From contig JACPAV010000002.1 of assembly GCA_016180645.1 (NCBI GenBank), positions 174,628 to 238,627 of the forward strand: 64,000 nt of DNA, written 5' to 3'. Each line of letters begins with the position of its first letter. Within the stretch, counting starts at the first letter, position 1. Both the position numbers and the translations under genes were made by a program. The notes under the pieces are model-generated. The model was given only the letters and a program-made list of their open reading frames with translations. It was not told the origin of the DNA and searched no databases. Positions 27,872 to 37,319 of this stretch are shown here, one piece after another. The DNA comes from Nitrospirota bacterium (lineage in GTDB: Bacteria; JACPQY01).

Positions 27872-28120
27872 GCGAACGAACAAAGGAACAAGCCCCCTGC
27901 CAGGTTTCGGCAGGGGGCCCAAGGATCAACACCAACCATCCACAGATTCTCTTTCAAGTTTCGTTTGTTAACTTACTGAACAATATCGGACAGAGCTGCA
28001 ATAACTTTAGGGAGAAGTGAGGACGCGATTGTTCATGAAACAATACCAATATTGTATTGAAATTAAATATATATCTAATCGATTGGCGGAGCCTCAAGGT
28101 TCCGCAATTGAACGATTTCT

Positions 28121-29983
28121 CTACGCGCGAGAGGAGCGCATGCTCTGCTGCAGTTCAAACAGGGCATGCTCAACCAGCCTTCCCATCAACGGGATGTCTC
28201 CCACAAGATTCACAAGGAATGCCTGCCCCGATTCCAGGTGCCGCGCAAGCTGCTCCGAGCCCGACGTTGATTCGCGCCAGGGCCGAAGAACCCGCCGGAC
28301 CAAGGGTTTCGCCACCGCTGAAATCAGCCTGGAGGGAGCCGCCCGATCGGCCACATCGCTGACGAAACTGCCGATCCGCAGCCTTCGTTCCTCCAAGATC
28401 GAGGCGGCGTCTCCATCCGCGGGCCGGCGCCCTATCTCCCCCCACCTCTCGAAGAGATCTCCCATCCGGGCTGAAAATGAGTGGAGTGCTGTTCTTTCTT
28501 CCACAAGGGAGTCGTACAGCCGGCACAGGCTCTCGCGATCCACGGGGGCATCCGCGAGAAAATTCCCGGAAAGATCTCCTCCATTCCAAGCGCTGTCCCG
28601 CGGCAATGCGGCGACCTCGGACCGCAATTCGTCCAGCGTCATCCGCACCGATCCTCCGGTCTCACCACCCGCCACATCACTCAACACGACTTTGAATCCC
28701 CCCCCCTGCCGGTAGCCCGCCCCCATCTCCAAAAGGAAGCGCCTATCCGCCAATCGGTCGTACGCGCTGGGATCGGAAGCATCGGCCGGGTCGAGGTCGA
28801 CCCAGAACGTGCGGTCAAACCATGCCCCGCAAAGAACCGCGGCATCCACGGGGGCGGAGAGACCGAGAGGAAGGTGGAGAGCAGTCGAATCACCCGACAC
28901 CACCCTCTCCATCCATGCGCCAAGATCATCCTGCGCGCGCGCATACACCACCGGTCGCTCAGGGGAATCTTTGAAGGCCAGGGGATCGGCGTCCAAGGGG
29001 AGCACGGCCAGCGCCGGGTCACGAGGGGAACGGGCATCCGCCCCGAAGCGCAAGCGCGGTTGGATTCCCGATGCCGTGCCGGACGTCGCCGTCCCCTCCG
29101 CTCCGCTCCACGGACGGCGAAATGAATTTTCATAGGGTCCTGTCGCCGCGACCACGGTTCGCGCTTCGATCGCTCCCATCAGATCCGCCGGAAGACGACC
29201 GGCGCAGCCGCTGTTCAACACCACCGCGTTCAGCCAGACCTGCCGATCGGGCCGGGGCTGGACCCCGCGGCCTTTCCACAGCCACGGCAGATTCTCGAGC
29301 GAGCGGAGCAGGATCCGACGGGATTCGGTTGCCGGGATTTCCACCTGTCGCCTGAACAGGGACAACCGGCAAGCCGCTCTGCCTTGGATTCTCGCCACCC
29401 TGTCGGTGAACGATTTTGCATAGCCGGGAAGAATCAACCACGAGACCCGGAGGCCGATCCGAAGTGAAGCGTCCATCGCCTTGTTGAAGTGGGGTTCATC
29501 GTGAACGAGTACCAACCGATCTGGCACAAAGAGGCTTCCGTAGTCAATCCGGCCCATGAGGTCGGCCAGCAGGGCTCGGTCCGGCTCATACAGGATGACC
29601 TTCGCGGAGGTCCGGTCCAGAAGTTCGCGCACGTGGTAGCCCAAGCCAAGACCCACCACGAGGACCAACTCCGCACCGGTATCCACCGCCGTCTGGACAA
29701 GTCCCTTGGCCTCGAGCACAGGATGGAAGGGGCTGTGGAGGAATTCGCTCTTGTACTTGAGCGTCGGCGGTCCGGCGCGGGAGGGCAGGATGTCAACCGC
29801 CCCGACTTCACCATCGCCAAGCTCCGGGATCGAACCTCGGACAACTCGGCGGAACGCTTCGGAGTTGCTCGCCCAGCGGAGCCGGCGACGCGGGGATCCG
29901 GTCGCCGTTCCGTTGACCGTCTCCGGCGCGGAGCCGCCGGGGAGGCGTTCAGCGAGCGGCAGGTTGCCGGCCGAGCGGCTCAT
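28121..29983 (-). CDS. Maf-like (motility-associated-factor / DUF115 type) putative nonulosonate transferase, paralog 2
   Basis: ELVLVVGLGLGYHVREL aligns with VDVVVMMGVGLGYDLKE of the adjacent paralog. Start uncertain: track start 30052 overlaps the upstream gene; ATG at about 29983 chosen. Confidence 0.4.
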   Translation of the reverse strand: MSRSAGNLPLAERLPGGSAPETVNGTATGSPRRRLRWASNSEAFRRVVRGSIPELGDGEVGAVDILPSRAGPPTLKYKSEFLHSPFHPVLEAKGLVQTAVDTGAELVLVVGLGLGYHVRELLDRTSAKVILYEPDRALLADLMGRIDYGSLFVPDRLVLVHDEPHFNKAMDASLRIGLRVSWLILPGYAKSFTDRVARIQGRAACRLSLFRRQVEIPATESRRILLRSLENLPWLWKGRGVQPRPDRQVWLNAVVLNSGCAGRLPADLMGAIEARTVVAATGPYENSFRRPWSGAEGTATSGTASGIQPRLRFGADARSPRDPALAVLPLDADPLAFKDSPERPVVYARAQDDLGAWMERVVSGDSTALHLPLGLSAPVDAAVLCGAWFDRTFWVDLDPADASDPSAYDRLADRRFLLEMGAGYRQGGGFKVVLSDVAGGETGGSVRMTLDELRSEVAALPRDSAWNGGDLSGNFLADAPVDRESLCRLYDSLVEERTALHSFSARMGDLFERWGEIGRRPADGDAASILEERRLRIGSFVSDVADRAAPSRLISAVAKPLVRRVLRPWRESTSGSEQLARHLESGQAFLVNLVGDIPLMGRLVEHALFELQQSMRSSRA

Positions 29984-31817
29984 TTTCCAGCGGGGTGTCC
30001 TCAATATCGGAAAGCGCCTCCTCGATTCGGGGCGCCAGGATCTCGCAGCCATCCACAGCCTGGGAGACCCACTCCTCCAGTCGTTTGAGCGTATCCTCGT
30101 AATGAACCGTCCGCCCTCCGGCGCATCCCCTGACGCACCACTCGGCCACCAGAGATTCTCCCATGACGTGGTAGTTGAGTAGGAAGCTGGACGAAACGTA
30201 GTCGGAGATGTCGTCCAAGAGCGCCTCCACGAGGGCCTGCTCGCCGAACATCCCCGCCAATCGATGAATCGTGGTCTCGCCGCTCCGGTACCGCTGGACG
30301 CGTTCCATCTGTTCTTCCAGCAGCGGCCTGAGTTCCCGCACCCGAAACGCTTCGGCGCGCAACAGCTCCCTCAGCGCTCTCAGCTTGTCTCCATGCAACA
30401 GCGGCGACATCGTCCGACGGAAAAAGGATTTGTCCACCTTCCGCCCGAGATATCGGGGAGCGGCCTCTTCGAGCGGAACGTGCTGGAACCCCTCAATCCA
30501 GACGCCGTCGCCGGTGGCGTTGACAAGTGTAATGCCCCGGGCCGACGTCCGGGCGGCCAATTCGAACCAGTTGACCGTTTTCTCGAACTGCCTCCACGTG
30601 AGCACTTCGCCGCCCTTGTATCCCTTCACGGTGGTGAACTGGGGATCATCCTTCAGCGCCTTCGGGGGGGGCAAGGCATGCTCTCTCGAAACGCCCCGGG
30701 CGTGGGTCCGCCCGCCGGGAAAGGAGAGATCCTGCCCGGCCATGAGAATCCGATCGCATCCGAGCCGCATGGCAAAGCTGAAAGCCGTGGTGGACACGGA
30801 ATAGGCATGCGGCAACACGGCGTTGAATCCCGTCAGGTTGAAAAGCGGACGCTCGAAGGGGCTGGAGGATTCGACGTACAACCAGATCCGCGTGAGCGGG
30901 AGGTCGAACAACTTGGGGCACACCTTGAGGGGGAAGATCGCGGAAAGGGTTTCCGGAAGGTCCACCTCATCGAAGAAATCCGTCACATCGATCGCCTCAT
31001 CGCTGAAGACAAAGTCCGGGACCACTCCAGACCGTAGGAGGGGTTTGAGAGACGCATCCGTGGCCAGGAGGATCGCGCGTTCCTGCACCTCCTTCAAAAG
31101 CGGCAGATGACCGGCGAGGGACGGTCCCGCACCGATGATGATGGCCGGCAACCCCATCCCGCTCCCCTCCAATGCGGCCGCCATCGGGTATTCGACGACC
31201 CGATGGAGATTCAGGAGGTTGGTCCCCACCCATTCCCGTGCGCGGTTCTTCCAAATGCCGAGGCACATCCTCGAATTCTCGATGTCCACCGTGAAATTGG
31301 CGACAAGTTCCCGCACCTGCTCGGGGAAGAGGATCTCGTGCGCGGCGCCCACGAAAATTCTTCCCTCCAGCCCCAGCCGGAACCAGACGCGGAACGCCAG
31401 GGCCAATTCCTCCGATTTGCGGGTCAGGAACACGCGGTCCTGACGGAAGAGGTCCGAAAAGTCGTGGATCATCAGCGCGACTTTCAACAGGGGGAGTTCC
31501 GGTTCGAGAATGAGCAGGTCCTTTCCGGTCTCCCTCGATGCCTCCTTCAAATCGTAGCCGAGGCCGACTCCCATCATGACCACAACATCCACTCCCTCGC
31601 TCCTGAAGGCCATCCAGCGGGCCCGGGCCTCGGCCCCCGGATGTTCACGGCTGTGGAGAAGCACTCCCTTCCACGAGAGCGTCCACTGCCCGTTCGCGCT
31701 CTCCTCCAGGAGATGCAGCGGTGCTTCAGCTTCCTCAAGCTCCGCGGCCAGCTCCGGAAAGCGGGGCCGGAGGGCCGCCAGGTTCTTGTGAAGGCGCTCG
31801 AGGCTGGGCTTAAGCAT
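29949..31817 (-). CDS. Maf-like (motility-associated-factor / DUF115 type) putative nonulosonate transferase, paralog 1
   Basis: LPAIIIGAGPSLAGHL (GxGPSL) motif characteristic of Maf/MptE-like glycosyltransferases. Start set to ATG (MLKPSLERL) at 31817. Confidence 0.55.
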   Translation of the reverse strand: MLKPSLERLHKNLAALRPRFPELAAELEEAEAPLHLLEESANGQWTLSWKGVLLHSREHPGAEARARWMAFRSEGVDVVVMMGVGLGYDLKEASRETGKDLLILEPELPLLKVALMIHDFSDLFRQDRVFLTRKSEELALAFRVWFRLGLEGRIFVGAAHEILFPEQVRELVANFTVDIENSRMCLGIWKNRAREWVGTNLLNLHRVVEYPMAAALEGSGMGLPAIIIGAGPSLAGHLPLLKEVQERAILLATDASLKPLLRSGVVPDFVFSDEAIDVTDFFDEVDLPETLSAIFPLKVCPKLFDLPLTRIWLYVESSSPFERPLFNLTGFNAVLPHAYSVSTTAFSFAMRLGCDRILMAGQDLSFPGGRTHARGVSREHALPPPKALKDDPQFTTVKGYKGGEVLTWRQFEKTVNWFELAARTSARGITLVNATGDGVWIEGFQHVPLEEAAPRYLGRKVDKSFFRRTMSPLLHGDKLRALRELLRAEAFRVRELRPLLEEQMERVQRYRSGETTIHRLAGMFGEQALVEALLDDISDYVSSSFLLNYHVMGESLVAEWCVRGCAGGRTVHYEDTLKRLEEWVSQAVDGCEILAPRIEEALSDIEDTPLENEPLGRQPAAR

Positions 31818-32877
31818 ATCCGCCGCCCCTGAAGAGGGAGGCCTCCTTGAGAACGTCGCGCCATTGGGCGACGAAGCGGTCCATGGAAAACTGACTCTCA
31901 ACCGTCCGGCGCGCCTCCCCTCCCATCCTCGCCGCCTCTTCGGAAGAGTCGAGCAACTCGCGGAGGCGAGATCGTAGCGCGCCGACGTCCGACGTAATGT
32001 ATCCATTCACGCCGTTCCTGATCGGCGAGGACGTATTCCACGTCGAGAGGACCGGCGTGCCCGCGGCCATGGCCTCCAACATGCAAAGCGTGTACCCGTC
32101 CTCCAGCCCCTCCACGGTCGTGTTCACGAACAGACGCGCGCTTCGATAAATATCCTTCAGTTCATCGAACGACGAGGCCGATTCACTTTTCACGCCCTGG
32201 TCGTTATCCCCCACCACGCGGAGCGGAAATCCGTCGCAAATGGCCAGGAGGTCCCGCAGGCCCTCTTTCGCGCGGGAAAGGCCGTTGCACACCCTCAGCG
32301 CGCTCGCCACTTCGCCCGTGTGGTCGGGAAAATCGGAAATGTCGATGCCGTGCACAATCACGCGCGAGGGGCATCGCAGCCCCCAGTTCTTCCGCTTGAA
32401 CTCCGAGATAAAAACAAAGAAGACATTTCCGGATTTCAGGAAAAGCCTCTGCAGAGATCTCAGGAATTCCCGCTTCCGGAGGGCCTGGCCGAGAAGGTCC
32501 GTTTCGGAATAGGGGAACGCATTATGGAACACGAGCACTTTCCCGGAAGGGCTCGCGATGCACGCCAGGAGATCCTCCACATCGTGGCAAACGATCGCAT
32601 CATAGTAGGCGTCTCGGCTCCGTTCCTTCATGTCGCTCTCGGAGATCAGCCGGGCGTTGGGAGGAAGCGGGCGAAGTCGGGGATTCCACGCGCGCACGTA
32701 GCCCAAGCTGGGAATGTGCCGTTCGCAGATATCGAATTCGTGTCCCGTCCTTGCGAGGTTGCACAGATACGGTTCGTGCCGGCAGAAGGTCAGTATCCGG
32801 AGGGTTCGACGCGAGGCCCCGATGACGTTTCCATTCGTCGTCCCGGAAGCGAAGCGGAGGGGGCGCGTCGTACCCAT
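31810..32877 (-). CDS. glycosyltransferase, GT4-like
   Basis: CMLEAMAAGTPVLST motif. Start set to ATG (MGTTRPL) at 32877, adjacent to the upstream stop. Confidence 0.6.
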   Translation of the reverse strand: MGTTRPLRFASGTTNGNVIGASRRTLRILTFCRHEPYLCNLARTGHEFDICERHIPSLGYVRAWNPRLRPLPPNARLISESDMKERSRDAYYDAIVCHDVEDLLACIASPSGKVLVFHNAFPYSETDLLGQALRKREFLRSLQRLFLKSGNVFFVFISEFKRKNWGLRCPSRVIVHGIDISDFPDHTGEVASALRVCNGLSRAKEGLRDLLAICDGFPLRVVGDNDQGVKSESASSFDELKDIYRSARLFVNTTVEGLEDGYTLCMLEAMAAGTPVLSTWNTSSPIRNGVNGYITSDVGALRSRLRELLDSSEEAARMGGEARRTVESQFSMDRFVAQWRDVLKEASLFRGGGYA

Positions 32878-34190
32878 CAGACCGGAGCGCGGAGTTTGTC
32901 CCCGAGGATGAACGAGGCCATTTGGAAACACTCAAGCTGCTCCGGGGAGACGGGCGGTCCGGACATCAGGTCCGTGACGACGGCCTGGTAGTAGGCCTCC
33001 GCCCGCCCCGGGTCCTGTCCCGAGAGGAGCAAGGCCAGAATCCAGGCCGCGATCGGGCGATCACCGGGCTGCCCCATCGCTTCCGTGAGATGTTGAATGG
33101 CCGCGGCGGGCTGCCGCTTCAAGATTGAAAGGAGCGCCAGGTAGGGAGACACACCTGCCTTGCCGCCGGCCTGCGCGGCCTTCGTCAGCAGTCCGGCCGC
33201 CAGATCCATGCGCTCTGCGAAAACGGGCGAGTCCGGGTAGACCAGCATGAGGCAGGTTTTTCCCAGAAGAGAGTATTCCCGCGCGGACCAGACACGAGGC
33301 ACATGATCGAGGAGGGCGCGTTGCAGCACCTCCGCCGCCTCCCGCGCGCGGTGATCAGACGTGTGCCGCTCCATGACCTTGCGCCGGCCGGCCTCCGCGA
33401 TGGCCGCCCGGTCCGTCTCATGTTCGAGGTAGTAGCGGATGAGCTCCGCTACCTGGTCCGCATCACCGTGACGGTAAATCACTAGATCCCGGCCTGGCTC
33501 GAACAGGTCCGCTTGGCCGTTCTCCAATTCTTCGGCGAGCAGCATTCCTCCGCATGCCATCGCCTCGAAGGTCCGCTGATTCAAGTCTCGATTGACCGAT
33601 TCGTTCAGGATGATCTTCGATCGATTGTAGGTCTCCGCATAGGCTCCGCTGTCGACCACGAATCGAATGCTGCCGTTCAACCGGACTTTGAGCCGATCGA
33701 GGAAAGCAACCCGATGGGGATGGATCCGCGGATCCAGCTTTCCCACGAAGCAGGCGTCGATGTCGCGCGGGAGGCCAAGATCCTTGTCGGTGCCTGCCGA
33801 GCAGGCCAGTGGAAGCCAGGAGGCCGATACCGCGCCCCATTGCCTGAACGGTTCCACGTAGTCCTTCTGGGCCACGAACAGCACATCGAAAAGCGGGGCA
33901 TAGTTCCTCTGCCACGCGAAATTGAGATGGGAATCCACCGCGTAGTACGCTTTCAATTGCGGAACGCGGTCCATGTCCCGCCATAGATGCTTGACGCCCC
34001 TCTCAATGAACAGGAGGACCTCCGGCTCGAAGAAATCCTTCCGACAGCGGGCGACCACCGTTTCCAATGAAGGATGGAGCTCGTTGCAGATAATTTGGAA
34101 CCGATCCTCCCATCGGCCGCAGGTCACCACCTCATGCTCCCGGCGCAGTTCATCCACGAGAGCGGGATTGTCCAGGACCAGAATCTTCAA
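32877..34190 (-). CDS. CgeB-family glycosyltransferase-like protein
   Basis: NQRTFEAMACGGMLL segment typical of CgeB-type proteins; TTG start preceded by GGGGAGG SD per my reading; 437 aa. Confidence 0.55.
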   Translation of the reverse strand: MKILVLDNPALVDELRREHEVVTCGRWEDRFQIICNELHPSLETVVARCRKDFFEPEVLLFIERGVKHLWRDMDRVPQLKAYYAVDSHLNFAWQRNYAPLFDVLFVAQKDYVEPFRQWGAVSASWLPLACSAGTDKDLGLPRDIDACFVGKLDPRIHPHRVAFLDRLKVRLNGSIRFVVDSGAYAETYNRSKIILNESVNRDLNQRTFEAMACGGMLLAEELENGQADLFEPGRDLVIYRHGDADQVAELIRYYLEHETDRAAIAEAGRRKVMERHTSDHRAREAAEVLQRALLDHVPRVWSAREYSLLGKTCLMLVYPDSPVFAERMDLAAGLLTKAAQAGGKAGVSPYLALLSILKRQPAAAIQHLTEAMGQPGDRPIAAWILALLLSGQDPGRAEAYYQAVVTDLMSGPPVSPEQLECFQMASFILGDKLRAPV

Positions 34191-34204
34191 TCGACCTCCC
34201 CGTT

Positions 34205-34225
34205 CCCCTCCTTACGAAGGAGGGG
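34205..34225 (-). other. intercistronic stem-loop CCCCTCCTT-ACG-AAGGAGGGG spanning the upstream stop codon
   Basis: Perfect 9-bp inverted repeat with 3-nt loop; contains the TAA stop of the 944-aa gene and lies about 15 nt upstream of the SD of the next gene; one arm is itself SD-like. Confidence 0.4.
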
Positions 34226-37046
34226 AACCTCCTTCGTCCAGCCGGCGAGGAAAGACATCTGCCCCCTCCTCCCCTTTGTGCGGGGAGGCCGGGGGGGGTG
34301 GAGCTTCCGAGACTCGAACCAAGAGCCTCCGCGCGCCCCCGTGCCCCGGGTTCAGGGCCAGGAGCCGCTTGATTTCATCCATGCAGTCGGTTTCCTGCCC
34401 CGTTTCGGAAAGGAAAAGGATCAGGAGGTACCGGACCTCGTAGTCGGCGGCATGGAGGGCCAGGTAGTTCCTCAGGTGGCGAAGGGCCTCGCGCTTGTGT
34501 TCCATGGAAGCGGCACACGAGGCGAGGCCGATGACCGCCCGGCGATGATCACCGTTCCCGTCGATGAGGCCGCAGAAAATATCGCGGGCTCGGGCGTGGT
34601 CTTTCAGTTGAACCCGGAGCGCTGCAATTTCAACCAGCCGATCCGGGTCGCTCCCGGCTTCGCGGGCCAACTCGTCGACTTCGTGAGATACCTTGCCGGC
34701 GCCTTCCGACACGATCCTCACCTGAAGCAGCCCCACGCGACCGGCGAAGGATTCAGGGTCCACCGCGAGGAGGGATTCGAAGGCCCGCGCCGCTTCGTCC
34801 ATCCTCGCCGCCGCCAGCTTGCCCTCTCCGAGCAGCAAGTAGTACTCGCATAGCCGTCGCTCATGCAGCGAGAAGCGGGAGGAGACATGGGAAAGCACCT
34901 GAAAGGCCTTCGCAAGTTTCTTGGAACCCAGCAGGGCTCGCACCAGGGCCAGGTGGGATTCCGGCTTAGTTTCGTCGAGTCGAACGGCTTCCTCGAACTT
35001 CTTGGCCGCCTCATCCCACTGGGCCGAGTCCAGATGGGCTCGGCCTTCCGAGAGCAGGCGGGCAATGACCTGCTGCCTCGGGCGCGCCCGGAGGAGGTAC
35101 TGGAACGTCCTCATTTCATCGGCTGCGTTTTCCGCGTCGCTCCGCAGCTCCGCGGCAACCTTCTGAAGGCCCGGCAGGATGGCGTGCGGCGGCGTGGTAC
35201 GCGCGCCCATTTCCTCGATCACCCAGCCGGTGGTTTCGAACAGGCTCCGAATTTCCTGGAGCGTGAAAAATCGCACGTGGTCCCGATCCAGAATCCCCTC
35301 CTCCGCGTAGGACCATCGTCCGGACAGGAGTTGGCCGATCACGGACCAGTGGCCGACGTTCGGGACACTGGATACGACGCACCCCTGGGGCGTGAGCCGG
35401 GCCTGAAGGCCTTCGAGCAGGCCCCACGGGTCGTCAAGGTGCTCCAACACGTCGGACAGAACGATACAATCGAAGGTCTCGTCGCCCAGCGTCTTCGGGT
35501 CCCGCGCGTCCCCCGTGATCACCCGGTCCAATCGGCGCGCGGCCTCTGCCGCTGCTTCTTCCACCATCTCCACTCCCGTGATATGGACCCACGGTCGTCG
35601 GGTTTTCAGGTACGCACCGAAGCCGCCGGTGGCGCATCCGACATCGAGGATCCGTTCGGCCTCCCGCGGGATGAGCGGCTCGACTTCTTCCCTCGAATGC
35701 GAGTAGTAAACGAATGACCTCCCGCGAAAACTGCGGGTCTCCATCATCCCCATGGCCAGATGGGCCGTCCGCTCCGCCGCCTTGCCGTCGTCCATGTAAT
35801 TCAGTTCGTAGATGGAACGAGGACGCTTCAGCTCGAACTCCTGCGCGAGGGCGGCATCGTACAGTACGCGCCGTATCGCCTCGGCCAGGCCCGGAGCGTC
35901 CGTCACCTGGAGCACCGGATCGTGCGGCTGAAAAAGGGGATCGTGATAGCGCACGACCGGGAGGTTGATCACCGGTTTGCCGCACAAGATGCCGGCGACC
36001 CCCAGGAGGGAGTCCGCGCACACGACGGCATCCGAAACGTAGACGATGGGCTCGGGGTTCGCATCTCTTTCCACGATGCGGACGCGGGCCACTCCGGCCG
36101 AATCCGCCTTCCGGCGATACCACTCCTTTCCCTTCTGATCCGAGGGATGCAGCTTCACCAACCAGTCGCAGGATTCCGACTCCAAAGCCCGCGCCGCCTG
36201 GAGGAAGAGATCGTAGGCGCGCTCGACGAGAGCCGGGTCCGAGTGCGTGGACAGGCCGTGGGTCCAGGTCGAACAGTAGAGAACGATTTTCCGATCCGGC
36301 TGGAGATCGAACTTCTGCCGGAGAGCCGCCGCCCGTCCGCTGTTCCGTAGAGAATGATAGACGTCCCAGTAGGGGGCGCCGGTCACCACGATATTCTTAG
36401 GATCGTTTCCCCACCGAAGATACCACTGCCGGGTCCGCTCCCCCTGCACGGCGATCCGGTCCGCCCAGATCCGATCGTGGGCGTTGTGGAAAAGCGCCCC
36501 CATGCCGTGGAGCATGTGGAGCACGGGGATACCCCGTTTCCTGAAGAAGAGCGCGAGGGTCTTTCCATCGAGTAGGACGTCTTCCCAAAGGAGGGCGAGT
36601 TGGGGGCGATATCGCTGGACGGCCTGGTCGAGCATTTCAACCAGCAGAATTTGCTCCCGGATGCGTTCCCGCTTGAAGTGTTCCGCCGCCAATTGGGCGG
36701 CCACAACCCACGGTTCGGGCCAACCGAGATTCGTGGGCCAGAATCCGGGGAGTGGACGTTTCTCGTAGTCGTCCAAGATGCCCGCCATGGAAGGATTGAG
36801 CGACGCCTCGCGCACGTCCTTTTCCAGCTCGGGGACAACGGACACGCAATCCACTCCCACCTTCGTGAGCGTGGAAAAGATGTTTTCGCCGTAGACGAGA
36901 TAGGTGCTCGGACGGATCCGCTCGATTTCCTGGATCACCGGCAGGTACGCCGTGCCCACATAGGTGAAGATGGCGGGCTTGTCAACCACGGGTCGCCTCG
37001 CGTGGGGGGGGGGAAGAAATGGGAACAAGCTTGGAAAAGACGGCAA
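34212..37046 (-). CDS. multidomain protein: TagF-like (HP motif) transferase domain + class I SAM methyltransferase + TPR repeats
   Basis: CSTWTHG and LVKLHPSDQ resemble CDP-glycerol glycerophosphotransferase motifs; RILDVGCATGGFGAYL methyltransferase motif I; C-terminal TPR-like helical repeats; 944 aa. Start uncertain; G10 tract near 5-prime end. Confidence 0.5.
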   Translation of the reverse strand: MPSFPSLFPFLPPPHARRPVVDKPAIFTYVGTAYLPVIQEIERIRPSTYLVYGENIFSTLTKVGVDCVSVVPELEKDVREASLNPSMAGILDDYEKRPLPGFWPTNLGWPEPWVVAAQLAAEHFKRERIREQILLVEMLDQAVQRYRPQLALLWEDVLLDGKTLALFFRKRGIPVLHMLHGMGALFHNAHDRIWADRIAVQGERTRQWYLRWGNDPKNIVVTGAPYWDVYHSLRNSGRAAALRQKFDLQPDRKIVLYCSTWTHGLSTHSDPALVERAYDLFLQAARALESESCDWLVKLHPSDQKGKEWYRRKADSAGVARVRIVERDANPEPIVYVSDAVVCADSLLGVAGILCGKPVINLPVVRYHDPLFQPHDPVLQVTDAPGLAEAIRRVLYDAALAQEFELKRPRSIYELNYMDDGKAAERTAHLAMGMMETRSFRGRSFVYYSHSREEVEPLIPREAERILDVGCATGGFGAYLKTRRPWVHITGVEMVEEAAAEAARRLDRVITGDARDPKTLGDETFDCIVLSDVLEHLDDPWGLLEGLQARLTPQGCVVSSVPNVGHWSVIGQLLSGRWSYAEEGILDRDHVRFFTLQEIRSLFETTGWVIEEMGARTTPPHAILPGLQKVAAELRSDAENAADEMRTFQYLLRARPRQQVIARLLSEGRAHLDSAQWDEAAKKFEEAVRLDETKPESHLALVRALLGSKKLAKAFQVLSHVSSRFSLHERRLCEYYLLLGEGKLAAARMDEAARAFESLLAVDPESFAGRVGLLQVRIVSEGAGKVSHEVDELAREAGSDPDRLVEIAALRVQLKDHARARDIFCGLIDGNGDHRRAVIGLASCAASMEHKREALRHLRNYLALHAADYEVRYLLILFLSETGQETDCMDEIKRLLALNPGHGGARRLLVRVSEAPPPPASPHKGEEGADVFPRRLDEGGSPPS

Positions 37047-37209
37047 TCAATTCCTGTAGCAGGTCGTATTCAAGCGTGGCGGCCAGCGGGACGCCCTTGT
37101 ACGTAAGCGAACGCGCCACCGCGGGGTCCGTGCTCCACGCCAGGAGGTACTCATCCACCGTGAGGTCCAGCCGGCACCCCGTGCAGAGCGGCATCTCCTT
37201 CCACATCAT
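36982..37209 (-). CDS. small zinc-ribbon-like protein, paralog B (5-prime end possibly disrupted)
   Basis: Homologous by eye to the 40109-40351 ORF (shared CxxC...CxxC, W, LEY, KL positions). Only the second CxxC lies after the first ATG at 37209; the first knuckle is upstream with no canonical start and abuts the heptamer arrays. Confidence 0.3.
   Translation of the reverse strand: MMWKEMPLCTGCRLDLTVDEYLLAWSTDPAVARSLTYKGVPLAATLEYDLLQELIAVFSKLVPISSPPPREATRG
37004..37013. repeat. homopolymeric G10 tract (C10 on coding strand) in the 5-prime region of the TagF-like/MTase/TPR gene
   Basis: Read directly; encodes the PPP of FPFLPPPHARR. Confidence 0.6.
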
Positions 37210-37250
37210 TTCCGCGGTCCGGTGGTGACACCAGCCACAGGAAGGGCTGA

Positions 37251-37313
37251 GTGCCGAGTGCCGAGTGCCGAGTTTCTCGGACTCAGGACTCGGGACTCGG
37301 GACTCGGGACTTT
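37251..37313. repeat. twin heptanucleotide tandem arrays: (GTGCCGA)x3 and (GGACTCG)x4 flanking GTTTCTC
   Basis: Read directly; immediately downstream of the PIG-L stop. The two arrays are imperfect inverted copies of each other. Confidence 0.7.
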
Positions 37314-37319
37314 CGTTGC

